Assembly (NCBI GenBank): GCA_012295275.1
Contig: CM022677.1
Location: 4,650,001-4,714,000, forward strand
Direction of reading: 5' to 3'
Source of the DNA: Chrysomallon squamiferum
Lineage: Eukaryota; Animalia; Mollusca
DNA: 64,000 bases
The notes below the pieces were generated by a model, which worked only from the letters and a program-made list of their open reading frames with translations, ran no database searches and was not told the DNA's origin. Numbering within the stretch: position 1 is the first letter of the stretch; the number at the start of each line of letters is the position of its first letter. A program made the translations under genes and the position numbers. Below, piece after piece: positions 12,569-25,599 of this stretch.

Positions 12569-14194
12569 ATGCCGGGGTCAGTTCTGCTCGTTTTAATCTT
12601 TGTGCTATGGACGTCGTCATCGCCGTCAGCTGTGTGTTCCACGACGTTCGAACACAATGTCAAGTGCGAGCCTATTACGAAATCCACGTGCTCGGACGTA
12701 GGGTACAACATGACTCGAATGCCCAATCTGGTTGGAGACAGGAGTCTGTATGAAGCAGATCATCAGGTACAACTATTTTTTCCTCTTGTTCAGTTTGGAT
12801 GTTCACCATTATTGAAGATTTTCCTGTGCTCAGTGTATGTTCCGATGTGTACTGAATTTGACGAAGTGACGTTTACCATTTCGCCTTGTCGTTCTCTGTG
12901 TCTCGAGGTAAAGTCAAAGTGTGAACCCATTCTCAACAAATTTCACTTTTCCTGGCCGGATCCTTTATCGTGCGAGAAGCTGCCAGAGTCTGGAAATGTC
13001 TCTAGCACTCTGTGTATAGAGCCGCCCAATATAACTCAACAAGTGAACACTAGTCTGATGGATCCAGAGATGAAAAAAGACTTCGAGTCTTTGATAAAAT
13101 CAACATCTGAGACGTCTGACACCAAGCACAACGACATCTGTCCAGCCAGGTTCGTTCACATAAGTCACCTTCAAGCAAATAAATCGTGTGCGCCTCGTTG
13201 TGACGTCGACGTGTATTTCAGTCAGTCAGATAAAGTGTATTTCCGGCTGTGTATGGTGGGCTGGGCATTCTTATGTTGTATTTGTTCTACGCTTACTGTA
13301 CTTACCTTTGTTATGGATAACTCAAGATTCAAATACCCCGAAAGACCAGTTATATTTATGGCGATGTGTTATGCTGTGTATTCTATGGCTGTCATGGTTA
13401 GTATAATAAAAGAAGCGGATAGAGTATCGTGCGGTACCAGACAGGATGGTCGAATGTTTCTCATTCAGGCAGGGATCGAGAGCACGCGCTGTAACATACT
13501 GTTTATTTTACTCTACTATTTCAGGATGGCAACTTCCATCTGGTGGGTCATCCTGACACTGTGTTGGTTTTTGTCAGCAAACAAGAATTGGAGACAAGAA
13601 GCAATAAAGTCTTGCAGTGGTTATTTCCACCTAGCTTCTTGGATCATTCCTGCAGTTATGACTATCACCATAGTGACAATGAGAAGAGTTGAGGGCAATG
13701 AACTTACAGGACTATGTCAAGTGTCAGTTGATGACATCACAGCTGAGACTGTCTTCGTTTTAACACCTCAAATCTTGTTCGTTGTTGTCGGTACTGGACT
13801 CTTTCTGCCAGGATTTGTTTCTTTATTTCGCGCTAAAATTATTTTAAAAGAGGACGGATTATATATTAAAAAATTGGAAGTGTTGATGACCAAGATGGGC
13901 ATTTTTACCGCAGTATATGTTACTGCTGCTGTATGTGTTATCGGATGTCTGTGGTATGAAATGATTAACTTCGGCGAGTGGACAGCCCAGGCTATGGACA
14001 AACCTTGTGTTAGTTATTACGACTGTTCCTTGGACCGGTCTATTCCAGCAGTGGAGATCTACGTGTTGCAGATCATCATGTCTCTCGCAGGTGGTGCTGC
14101 ATCCAGTTTGTGGCTGCTGAATGAAAAGACAGCCCGCACGTGGAATGGCTTTTTATCCCACAAAAACCGCAGACTCAAGTGTGAGCTGTCATAG
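12569..14194 (+). CDS. fzd9/10: Frizzled receptor, Frizzled-9/10 subfamily, intronless, 541 aa
   Basis: Signal peptide; CRD with 10 Cys (GYNMTRMPNL, FLCSVYVPMCTE, FSWPDPLSC); CAPRCDVDVYFS linker; RFKYPERPVIF; seven hydrophobic segments; GNELTGLC; SIPAVEIY; KTxxxW motif (KTARTW). YNMTRMPN, VDVY and SIPAVEI are Fz9/10 signatures. Confidence 0.95.
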   Translation: MPGSVLLVLIFVLWTSSSPSAVCSTTFEHNVKCEPITKSTCSDVGYNMTRMPNLVGDRSLYEADHQVQLFFPLVQFGCSPLLKIFLCSVYVPMCTEFDEVTFTISPCRSLCLEVKSKCEPILNKFHFSWPDPLSCEKLPESGNVSSTLCIEPPNITQQVNTSLMDPEMKKDFESLIKSTSETSDTKHNDICPARFVHISHLQANKSCAPRCDVDVYFSQSDKVYFRLCMVGWAFLCCICSTLTVLTFVMDNSRFKYPERPVIFMAMCYAVYSMAVMVSIIKEADRVSCGTRQDGRMFLIQAGIESTRCNILFILLYYFRMATSIWWVILTLCWFLSANKNWRQEAIKSCSGYFHLASWIIPAVMTITIVTMRRVEGNELTGLCQVSVDDITAETVFVLTPQILFVVVGTGLFLPGFVSLFRAKIILKEDGLYIKKLEVLMTKMGIFTAVYVTAAVCVIGCLWYEMINFGEWTAQAMDKPCVSYYDCSLDRSIPAVEIYVLQIIMSLAGGAASSLWLLNEKTARTWNGFLSHKNRRLKCELS

Positions 14195-14642
14195 TATCAG
14201 TTACAAAACAACAGAGTGTGAGCTGTCATAGCAACAGTTACAAAACAACAGAGTGTGAGCTGTCATAGCAACAGTTACAAAACAACAGTGTGAGCTGTCA
14301 TAGCAACAGTTACAAAACAACAGTGTGAGCAAAACAACAAAACAACAGTGTGAGCTGTCATAGCAACAGTTACAAAACAACAGTGTGAGCTGTCATAGCA
14401 ACAGTTACAAAAAACAACAGTGTGAGCTGTCATAGCAACAGTTACAAAACAACAGTGTGAGCTGTCATAGTAACAGTTGTGTCATAGTAACAGTTACAAA
14501 ACAACAGTGTGAGCTGTCATAGCAACAGTTACAAAACAACAGCTGTCATAGCAACAGTTACAAAACAACAGTGTGAGCTGTCATAGTAACAGTTACAAAA
14601 CAACAGTGTGAGCTGTCATAGTAACAGTTACAAAACAACAGA
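14179..14642 (+). repeat. 35-37 bp minisatellite (~13 units) whose first unit contains the frizzled stop codon
   Basis: Unit GTGTGAGCTGTCATAGCAACAGTTACAAAACAACA. Confidence 0.92.
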
Positions 14643-14684
14643 AACGTGTTAATTCTAGATCATTTTTAAATGTCAAAATAATTA

Positions 14685-14715
<31 letters not shown>

Positions 14716-15836
14716 TATGTTTTATTATTTTGTTATTTTCGGCTTCCTTTTTCATTTTTTATTTATGTATGTGTGAATATAGATAATAATTATTTGTGGT
14801 GGATGTTTCTCTGTTGCTGTTTTTTAATTATTATTATTATTATTTGTTTATGTAACTAATTATAACCTGTATGTTTAACATTTGAGTTGACAATGGATAA
14901 ATAAAATGTGTTATTAGCTCAAAACTACTACCTGAACAAAGTCAAACTTAGTAATGTAACTTCATGAGTCTATCAAAATTATCATGTTCAAAAGTGATCA
15001 AAATACTTTTTCCTGAAATCATATTTAAATACATTTATATATTTTTAAAAATCATTAAAAAATCAGGTATATAAAATAACGTAAAAAAAAAAATTCAGTA
15101 TATAATAATAATTAAGAAATTTATTCTATAATTAGAAAAAGAAGATAATTATTACTAAATGTTTTGAGTAGTGTTTTTCTTTTCTTACTTACTGTCACAT
15201 TCACTGAATTTTTTTACAACTCTTATTTTATTTTTATTATCATCATCATTATTTTCATTTTTGTCATTATTATTATTGTTATGTTTTACTTTATTACTAT
15301 TTTTATTATTTAATATGTTTAGATATGCTAAATTTTAATAAGATGTGACATTTTATTTTACCTTAGTTTTGTTTGTTTTTAATTACATTCTTGGTAATAC
15401 AGAATTTTGCCATAAAATTCTCAATCTGATGAGAAATGGTAGTTTGAAAGGTTATGTTTTATCTTCTTTGTTTAAAATTCATTTGTTTGTTTTCTAATTT
15501 GATTGAAAATTTTGTCTATTATATGTTCAAGATGGCATTTTTAAACTATATTAATTTTACTTTATTTGTTGATACTAGGCTGTGTGAATAATTTACTTTA
15601 TAAAGCTGTTTTAATGTTTTTAAGTGTATCTTTGACAATACATGAGTAAAATATGGATGGCATCCATATTGTTTGGAAACTTTTGACCAGCATTATATCA
15701 GCTAATTATGTCTAGTGAATATTCAATACTATATGCATTTCTTGGTTCCTTACTTTTTATTTTTTTTAAATAGTATTTTATTTTCTTATCTGGAATGTGA
15801 TAAAATGTACTTACTATTTAACATTTCCTAGATTTC

Positions 15837-15879
<43 letters not shown>

Positions 15880-16069
15880 CTGGGGGAAGGGAGGGACAGA
15901 GGGAGGGAGAGAGAGAGAGTTGTTCATATTCTGTGAACTCTCTGAATTTACCTCTGTGTGTCTGTGCATTAGATGTGCATGTGTTGGTGAGGCAGGGTGT
16001 GTCTGCATGAGTAAACAACTTACATTCAGATGTCATTAACAGTCAGTACTTAAATATTTAATAATTTTA

Positions 16070-16117
<48 letters not shown>

Positions 16118-17194
16118 GAACTTTTTGTTTTCTTGAAAGTTCTCTTTTTTAATGATAAATGTTTGCAATATCTGGGTTACAGCAGTTTTGAAATCAACAT
16201 TAAAAGTCTTCATATATAAATGTTAATTCTGTTACTGAATTATTCTGAGTAACAAATACCAATGTTTTAAACAGAACATGTTGATTTGGTGGGGGTTTTG
16301 TTCTGTTTTCTTTTTTTTTTTTTTCCTATGTCAAAAAAAAAAGTTTTAAAATATAATAAATATGTGTAATACATAAGATTAATTAAGTTGTAATTTAAGA
16401 ACTTAATTAATGTTTCATTTAATAAAATAATGTTAAAATAATGTTTTTGGTATAAAATAAGCCTAAAATAATTTATTGTAAATTTCTAGCAATATTTCAT
16501 TTACGTTATTTTTCTCTTTTAAATGAAAATATTTAAATTGATTTAACAATTTTTTTCCTCTTTCATATTCTTTTCTTGTTCCATTTCAGTCATTATTATT
16601 TTAAATTAACATATATTTTTGTCCATCTTTCAACTGTTTAAACATGGTTGTGAAATACGCACATGAATGCTCAGTAATAATTTTCAGTATTTTTTATTTG
16701 TTCTCGTTTTTGCATCAAGATGTTAAGTTTTGTATGGGAAAATAATTATTTTTTTATTTTTAATGCATTTTCATTTGTGTTTTTGTTAAAAATAAATGAT
16801 TAGAGAAAATATTTGTGTTGTTGTTTTTTCTCTTATTGTCTCAATATTTCATAGTGTATATTTTAGAATGTTTCCTGTTACAGCTAATATCTTCATTTAT
16901 CAAAAACTATGCTGTTTTACCAGCCACTGGAAATATTAATGTGAGATAATGTTTGCCACATTGTAAATTTGTTTCTTAAGATCCCCATGCACACACAAAC
17001 TCAAATTAATCCATAAAATAAAACAATTCCTGTAAACTGCTCACATTAAAAATTAATATATTAAAAATAAATAAATAAATAAATAACATAAAATATCACT
17101 AATGCATAATAAATTTCATATTCAGTATGTTTTAAACACATTCAGATTCATGATGTGTTATTTACAATCAAAATTAACCTTTCATTACAGATTA

Positions 17195-17730
17195 CATGCT
17201 GGTGAAGTAGTTTTCAGACCACTGGGAATTTGCTGTAGTAATCAGCTGTGTTTAGATACTGTGCTCATTTGTCAAGGGTAGCTTGGCACACTGTGTGGAA
17301 ACAAGGTTTCCCTGGCTCCTGTTTTGAAAGCTGTCTGCATGTTTTACATGAGGCAGTCATCTCTTTACTAGCTACCAGGCCAGAACAAGCAATATTTAGC
17401 CGTCAGCTGGCATTTCTCAGACCCAAGATGTTGTTGTGGATGATTTTAAACATCTAAGGACGCAGTTTGTCTGGGATTACTGGACAGTGTCCCTTCAAGG
17501 CCAAGCTCTTCTCGACATTTAAATCTTCTCTCAGAGTCCAGTATTCATTCCAATCGGGCGGACAGACACTGCTATATTCTGGCCAAGCACAGTGTATCAT
17601 TTCCTTTAAATCTTACTCTGACATTCTGAGCAGGAGACGCTGTAATCTGGGAGATGCAAAGCTGTTTTTCCAAATGCTCTCAAATGGCTCATGGTCAGTT
17701 TCCACTATGATACGCTTACCATAGACATAA
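17195..17730 (-). mobile_element. Degenerate Ty3/Gypsy LTR retrotransposon pol fragment (RNase H to integrase)
   Basis: Minus-strand translation YVYGKRIIVETDHEPFESIWKNSFASPRLQRLLLRMSE*, then EYWTLREDLNVEK..VIPDKLR..IIH..CLFWPG and ADYYSKFPVV, with stops, frameshifts and internal deletions. Confidence 0.85.
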
Positions 17731-17879
17731 TTGTTAACATGTTTGTGGTGTGAATGTATGTTTGTGTGTATGTATGTGTGAGAGTGTGTGTGTGTGTGTG
17801 TGGAAGTCTGGTATATATGTATGCATGTTTTTGTGTGTATGATTGTGTATATATAAGATATATGTGATATATGTGTATA

Positions 17880-17911
<32 letters not shown>

Positions 17912-18304
17912 ATGAAATAAAATGTCAGAATAAAAATAAATATTAGTTTACAACTGGAGCAAAGTTTAAACAAAACTTCAGCATGTTACACTAAAAAACC
18001 AAATAATGTTTTAAAACTTTTATTAAGAAAATATAACAAATTTAAAAAAAAAATAAAAAGCAGTCTTCTAGTAATTACATTTTAGTAATTATATTTCAGT
18101 ACAATCACAGGAAAATTTAAATAGATGAAGCCAGTACATCCAGTACTTATGGTATGATAATGAAAAATGAAAAATTAAATACTTAAAAAATAATTTAAAT
18201 TAAATCCAAAAACTTAAAAAAATAATTATTTAATTTCTGAAACCAGAGAAAAGTTTAATCCAAAACTTAATAACAAAATTACATGATAAAAAAATTGAAA
18301 ATGA

Positions 18305-18760
18305 AAAGAATTCACTGAATTCTTAATGATTTGATAATTAATATTAATTTATACCAAATCTTCAAACAAAAGTTTAATCCAAAAACTCATACTCAGTAAC
18401 AAAATTAAAAAATACTTTTTTATATATTAAGATATGTATGTAAAGAAACAAACATTACATACCTAAAAGAAAAATAATCTCATCTTTTTTTCTTTTCAAA
18501 ACTTTCAAAAACAAAAATAATTCACAGAATTCTTAATGATTTGATAATTAATATTAATTTGTACCAAATCTTCAAACAAAAGTTTAATCCAAAAACTCAT
18601 ACTCAGTAACAAAATTAAAAAATATTTTTTACATATTAAAATATGTATGTAAAGAAACAAACATTACATACCTAAAAGAAAAATAATCTCACCTTTTTCT
18701 TTTCAAAATAAAAAAATAATTCACAGAATTCTTAAGGATTTAATAATTAATAAATGTTTA
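18305..18760. repeat. ~220 bp direct tandem duplication
   Basis: AATTCAC.GAATTCTTAATGATTTGATAATTAATA..AATAATCTCA occurs twice plus a partial third copy. Confidence 0.85.
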
Positions 18761-19626
18761 TACTAATCATCTTACTGTGATTGCCTTTACTCATGAAAAA
18801 AAAAAACATTTAAAAAAAAAAAATATATATATATACACATTTACCAAATCTTCTAAACCAGAAAAGTTTAATCTGAAATCATTTTTTTTTTTTTTTTTTT
18901 TACTGTAAAAAGAAAAGTAAATAAAATAATAAATTTTAAAGAAAGACAAAAAAAAAAAAAAAAAAAACTACTTTACAAAAGAAAAGAAAATGTAATCAAA
19001 AGCTGTTTCTTTTTGATAATGTAAAATAACAAAAGAGAAATTAAAAAGGTGAAAACAATAGTTGTCTGGTATATTTCAAAACTTACACGAAGAAAAAATA
19101 AAATAAAAAAATCAACTAAAGAATTCATAGAATTCTTAATGATTTGATAATATTAATTTATACTGATCATTTTACTCTTTGATTAACTTTGCTCATGACA
19201 TAAAAATTTAATATATATTATAAAAAAAATATATATTTTATTTACTTGTCAAAGACAAGCAAATAAAATAATAAATTCAAAAAAACAACAAAAAAACCCA
19301 CCAATAACTTTACAAAAGAAATAAAATGTAATCAAAAGCCCTTTCTTTTAATAATGTAATAAAATAAAGGAGAAATAATCCCTGTTATTAAACAATTTGC
19401 AATCAGATCTGGAGATGAGATATATATATATATATATATATTCAAATCAACAAAAATGGTGTACACTACTTGGCAAATACAATTTTTGAGAAATTGGAAG
19501 AAGACAGAATTTCCATATATATATATATTAACAAACATATATTAGCAACTAAGACTACAGTGTTTTTTTGTTGATAAGTCAAATTGCTATCTGTCCAGTT
19601 TTAAGTTTCTTCTTACACATTTCTCT

Positions 19627-21547
19627 TCACAGTGATGTCTCTACTTCTATTTTACTGGGTTTATTTTTGTAAGTTAACCACAAACTTTTAATTACATCAG
19701 AAAAGAGAATTTCACTTGTGTTTTTCACAATCAGTCTCAGAACAAAGACTCCGTCGTCATGGAGATACTGATCAGCAAATTTCTTTGCCAGCATTTCATC
19801 ATATTCTGTGTGAATTTCACCAATCTCCTTCAGATGTTTCTTCACAAACTTCCTGCGATTGTGCTGTACAAAAAGTAGCTGAAACCAGACGAGTGAATTC
19901 CACACTGTTACCACGGAGACAAGGAAAAGCCAAAACCAGAGAAAGATGAAGATGTTTTCATTGAAGAGGTTGTAAGGCAGGACACACTGCACTGTTTGTC
20001 TCTCTACATTAGTCATCTGGCGAATGTCAAAGTCACAGAGGGTGATTTTTGGAAAACGTTTCGATTCAGTCCACGAATGATCATTTATCAAGCCCGACAC
20101 GATTTCTAAACCATACACGCTGTACCATTCTCCAAGAAAAGCATTCAGAAGGAAAAACTGGCCCATGACATTTGCAACGTACAGAAGCTTTATGAACATG
20201 TAGAGTCCAGTTAGATACCTCCCTGCGTGTTTCTGCCAGAGAAACACGAAACATTTAGACAAGTGCTGAAGAAAACTCTTTTTTTGGTAGCTTTTCTTTA
20301 TCTCCAGCCACCTGCTCATGTACTGTACCACTCGCTTTGTTGTCTCGTCTCTCTTCTCAGCTGAACTCAGCTGCAGCTCTGTGATGATGTTCACAACCTG
20401 CTCCAAACTGATTCCACTATTTGTATTCAGCAGACGCCACATGACGGGAGGCAGCTTGAAGAGGAAAGCCATGAACAAGAGAATGACAGGCACCCACTGG
20501 TAGTAGGGCAGCTGTCGCTCCTCTCTCTCAGAGTGCTTGTCTGGGATTCCTTCGTGTATCGGGACGTAGTACGTGCCATTCACCCAGCAGAGTGATTTAG
20601 TAAACGCGACCATGGACGCTGTGAACTGAGCTGGACACCAGCAGTCTATGGGACTGCCAAAAACTGTCCTCCACTGATGAACACAGAGAAGAGAGCCAGC
20701 AACACAACAGTGTACAGATGATTGAACCGGTCCACCCAGTCATCATCCTTACTTGAGCTGAGCTTGGAGAATGTCGCAAAGCCTCCCAGAATAGAGCTCA
20801 CACTGAAATAATTTCAATATATAATAAAATAAATAAAAGAATAAAAACAGATATATGTTTTAAATTTAACAACTAGAGTTTCTAACTTAATCTAAGATGT
20901 TTTTCTTAAATAAAATATTTTTGATATTTATTTCTTGTATCATTTCAAGCAACAATGGTTAAGAACATCAACTCAATAGGTTTTGCAAAAGTTATAACAA
21001 CATATTTATACACACATTTATATGTATATAAAATTTGTTTTCTGGTTTGTTATTAGGTGACAAAGATGCAGGAATAAACCTGAAATACTAAAGTGATGAG
21101 AAAATGCTTCCAGACTCTTGGTTACAGAAACACATTTCAAAATGAAGAATTAATCCAAACTACTTAACATATCACACATCTGAAATCATTAACCTATTTT
21201 ACAGTCCTGAAACCTTGTTTGAATGTGATTGTACCTCACTGCTATTTTTGTTTTTTAATAAACAAGAGAGAGTGTTAAAACTGTGTGTATGAAGACAAAA
21301 CAAACAAGAGAGTGTTAAATGAAAACTGTGGAGACAAAACAAAAAAGCCTTTTATGGGCCTCAGTGCTTAGATATAACTCCCTTTTCACCACCTGTCAGA
21401 TTGCTTCCCTTTAATTTGTATTTTACTCAACTTATTCTAAAACGTTTTATATTAATTTTCCAAATATTTTTATTTTCTGACGACTAAAATAATGGAAAAT
21501 AAAAAATAAAAATTTAGAAAAAAATAAAAATTTAATACTTACGACAT
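19627..21547 (-). CDS. inx: Innexin (gap-junction protein); exon 1 coding part 21547-21543 (ATGTC), exon 2 20802-19627, with one 1-nt frameshift at the A5 run 20659-20663 (recent pseudogene or base-call error)
   Basis: ATG TC|gtaagt ... tttcag|T GTG gives a phase-matched MSVSSILGGFATFSKLSSSKDDDWVDRFNHLYTV..GGQF, then after the shift GSPIDCWCPAQFT..CWV, YYQWVP, FPKITLCDF, QCVLPYNLFNE.IFIFLWFW. All are innexin hallmarks. Confidence 0.9.
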
Positions 21548-22135
21548 GACTCTTATTTTAGGTTATAACACTTTCTGTTGATTCCGTTTTAACTGAAATA
21601 ATTTAACATCAAAAATACATTAACAAACGTTCATTATAACAAAAGCTCAAAGCATGGGACATGGTAACAAAAATGTATTATAATTTATTATCCTTTATTA
21701 AATGTATGTCGAAAATAAATAGTGTACGTTAACAGGTTTAAGGTTAAAATATTATTTCGAAGACACTTTTATTATTTATCCATCTCAAACTGTAAAATCT
21801 GAAATAACTTATTAAAAAAAAAACACACAAAAAAAAAAAAAAAAAAAAATAAAAAAAAAAACAACTATATTAATATAATAATTATAATTAGCACTTTTAA
21901 AGTTGTTGGTGACTAATTTTGTTTTACTGAAATTTTCCTCGCCAGTTTTTTATTAATTCATCTATTAAAAGACCCAAAAAGAGACATTCGTTGATTTACC
22001 ACGGATACAAAAGTTAAAACTGAACATGTTTTGGAAAATCATCAGCGAGATTTCAGCTCAAAAAGTAGTTTTTCATCCTACCTTCGATCGATGCAGTTAT
22101 TTGCGCTCCAGTATCGCCATGAAACTTTTTTTTTT

Positions 22136-22147
22136 CGCACATGCGCA
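22136..22147. promoter_or_regulatory. NRF1-like site in a small CpG-rich patch ~600 bp upstream of the innexin ATG (mirror near 63444-63455)
   Basis: CGCACATGCGCA matches the NRF1/Ewg consensus; it could also be part of a transposon relic. Confidence 0.3.
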
Positions 22148-22385
22148 GTTGACACGTTCGTGGGGATTTCGTCAGCTGTTTTATTACATAACACATTATT
22201 TTTATATGTACCACAAGTTAAACAAGGCTTTTAACTTACTAATTAGATTAATAATTAATTTCTGTACAAAATGATCTGAATAAAATGTACATATACATAT
22301 TACATACATACCATGAATAATTTTGTATCTGTATAAATGAACTATCTATTGTTTTACAGAATTTTTTGTTTCTATTAATTAATTA

Positions 22386-22425
<40 letters not shown>

Positions 22426-22469
22426 TCTTCTTAAGGGAACTATTAACTTTATACATACCTTTTGCTTAT

Positions 22470-22631
22470 TTAAAAACACGTTACAAAAAAAATGGGTGGT
22501 TTTGGATGGGCTGGAACGGATTAATGATATTTCAATTAATTTCAGTTGGGAAAATTGATTTGATATACGAGCAAATTGAGTTACGAGCTGGGCCATGGAA
22601 CAAATTAAACTCGTAAGTCAAGGTACCACTG
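22470..22631 (-). mobile_element. Tigger/pogo-like (Tc1-mariner) terminal fragment
   Basis: Minus strand TA|CAGTGGTACCTTGACTTACGAGTTTAATT.., a typical Tigger-type terminus at a TA site; the partner end is not found. Confidence 0.65.
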
Positions 22632-22927
22632 TATTAATAAAATCTATGTTCAGCGTAACAACATATTTGAGGTAATTTGACGTCATGAAACTAACATCTC
22701 TTGTTACACGGCGTCTGGAATAATAGTGAGTAAACCGTGTTTTGGTCTCAAACCACAATTAATTTCCGCAAATTGTTTAATACTTTCCTTTTAAGAAACA
22801 GTTTAAAAAAAATTATAAAATCTAAATACAAATTAGGATTATCTGTTTAGTATTTTGTAATATTTTTACTTTGAATATTCATTGTTTGTAAAGTTAAATT
22901 TTAAATGAAATTAACACCTGTGTATAA

Positions 22928-22966
<39 letters not shown>

Positions 22967-23409
22967 CGAAATAAATCGTGTATTAAAGAGAAATGTGATT
23001 TATTATCATTATTATTATTATTCATTCATTCATACATTTATTTATTTATTTATTTTTTTTGTTGTTTTTGTCATTTTTAATTAATTAATTTAGCTTCTTT
23101 GTTTTTACATTTTTTTCGTTTTCCTCATTTCACAAAATTTATGACTTTGAGCCTCGAGTTGAACTCGGTAGAGACAGGAATCTGTTGATTCTTTATTAAA
23201 ACTAAATCTGTCGTGAATGAATTTAAACAATGTGCTAAGTCGGATTTGGCGCTAATAAAAAATAACTTTGTTTCTTGTGTCTTTAATGCACAGTGAACGA
23301 CTTTAATACTTTGAGAAAAAGAAACTCTGTCAAAATACGTAATACATTTGACATTTTTACTTGATTAGTTCTTATAGGTCCATGAGTGCGAGCCAGTATA
23401 TTAGTGAGC

Positions 23410-24024
23410 GCGTTTTTATCTGTGAGTGATGTGTAATTTGTGTATCATTGTCTGTCTGTCTGTATGTTTCTAGATAGATAAATATAGATATATGTACACA
23501 CTCTCTCTCTCTGTATGTGTGTATGTGTCTCAATGTATATATACATACATACAAACATATATATATGTTTTTATCTATGATGTGTAATTTGTACATCATT
23601 GTCTGTCTGTCTGTCTGTATGTATATAGATAGATAGATATATATATAGATATATGTACTCTCTCTCTCTCTCTCTATGTATGTGTGTATGTGTCTCAATG
23701 TACATATACATACATACAAACATATATATATGTTTTTATCTGTCAGTGATGTGTAATTTGTACATCATTGTCTGTCTGTCTGTATGTATGTAGATAGATA
23801 AATATAGATATATAGATATATGTGTGTGTATGTGTCTCAATGTATATATACATACATACAAACGTATATATATGTTTTTATCTGTGAGTGATGTGTAATT
23901 TGTGTATCATTGTCTGTGTGTCTGTCTTTCTGTATGTATCTATATAGATAAATATAGATATATGTACACCTCTCTTTCTTTCTCTCTGTATGTGTGTATG
24001 TGTCTCAGTGTACATATACATACA

Positions 24025-24030
<6 letters not shown>
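23410..24030. repeat. ~150-170 bp composite satellite (~4 units)
   Basis: Repeating TTTTTATCTGTGAGTGATGTGTAATTTGT..CATTGTCTGTCTG..TGTCTCAATGTA. Confidence 0.9.
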
Positions 24031-24074
<44 letters not shown>

Positions 24075-24242
24075 GCACTATTAGTAACATAAAAAACACC
24101 AATAATGCATCTACTACCACACTACTGTAACGATCACTCCAGTAACAGTACGACTACATCAACTGCTTTTTATTCTCAGTAACTTAAAAACGTATATTTT
24201 GTAAGCAGAACTATTTTATAATCTATCGACTACACCTTAGAC

Positions 24243-24600
24243 CAGTGGTTCCCAACCTTTCAAACATAGCGACCCATTTTAGAACAAGCAATCAGGAAGC
24301 GACCCCAATCCTTAAAATATCTTATATATATATATACATTCATTTTTTTTGTACAACAAACTGCCATATATTACGATTATTGAATTATAGATTATTTATT
24401 CGTGAAGTAACTATACATTCCGTAAATTCATGATTAATTTCAAATTTATTCATAAAAATTCCAAAGCTCCTACAAACATTAATTCAGTCCATACGCCATA
24501 ATCATTTATGTGCATTGTTGTGGACATCGGGACAGCTGGAGTAACGTTCTGCAATTTTAACCTGTAATTCAAATACAGGTCAGAAAACAAACCCTTATAG
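24243..24600 (-). mobile_element. hAT (Charlie-like) DNA transposon end, possibly with decayed transposase C-terminus (mirror ~60270-60627)
   Basis: CAGTGGTTCCCAACCT terminus preceded by CCTTAGAC (TAGA-centred target typical of the Charlie group). Weak FS..L..YR..LQLS-like remnants on the minus strand; orientation is tentative. Confidence 0.55.
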
Positions 24601-25015
24601 TGGATTAAAAGAAACTTTGATTATTTAGAAGCAATTATAAATGGTTGAAAAATCCTGATTATTTATTCTTTTTTAATAATTAATGGTTACAGACACATAC
24701 CCAAACTGGCCTAGCCCAATCAGCCTGGGGTAGATTGGTTCACCTTAGGTCACCTTGCGACAGTGCCTCTTACACAACATAAACACTCTCCAATAAGCAC
24801 AAAAAATATGATTTATTTTATTTCAACTGATAAACAGTTGAATCTTGGAAATTTTACAAATGCAACCACCACGTTGTTGACATTTTTGTGTTTGTCACGG
24901 GTTAAGTTTGACTGGGTGTTTTAATATCTTACCAACATGGAGCCCGAATTCATTTTCTGAAACCAGAGCCAGTTCGTCAGACTCAGTACTTTTTTTTTCC
25001 CATCGAACTCGTATC

Positions 25016-25087
<72 letters not shown>

Positions 25088-25521
25088 TATATGAAAAAAT
25101 ATTAAAAATACAGATTGAACTGGCTTCTCATCATTTTAAAATTCCTAATAATTTTAATTCACTTCAAGACTGTTTCAGGAATGAAATAATTCTAAACGGG
25201 AAATATACATATATTTCACGATATAAAGTATTACTAAATTTATTTGATAAATACACAGTTACGACGCTGTTGACGTGTTTGTATTTGTCACGGATAAAAA
25301 TTCCAGTAAAAGTGAATGAAAGAGAAACATCACTTATTTAGTTATTATATTTTCTATTATTCTTTATTGCTATAGCGACGTTATAAGGATGTGCACACAA
25401 TCTGTGGCTCGGCAAGTAACATGTTTAAACACGGTAACGGAAATATTAGTATATAATAACACACATTTAATGGTATATGCTAATATATAAATAAATAAAT
25501 AAAATAAATAGATAAAAATAG

Positions 25522-25599
<78 letters not shown>

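Noticed and set aside
14179-14642. CRISPR-like appearance of 35-45 bp repeats (also 8815-9230, 30975-31172, 53310-53890)
   Set aside because: Units are head-to-tail with no unique spacers and no cas genes, in eukaryotic DNA.
5755-21500. Frizzled and innexin nested in a Tdc intron
   Set aside because: No upstream Tdc exons could be recognised and the Tdc last exon is broken, so nesting is unsupported.
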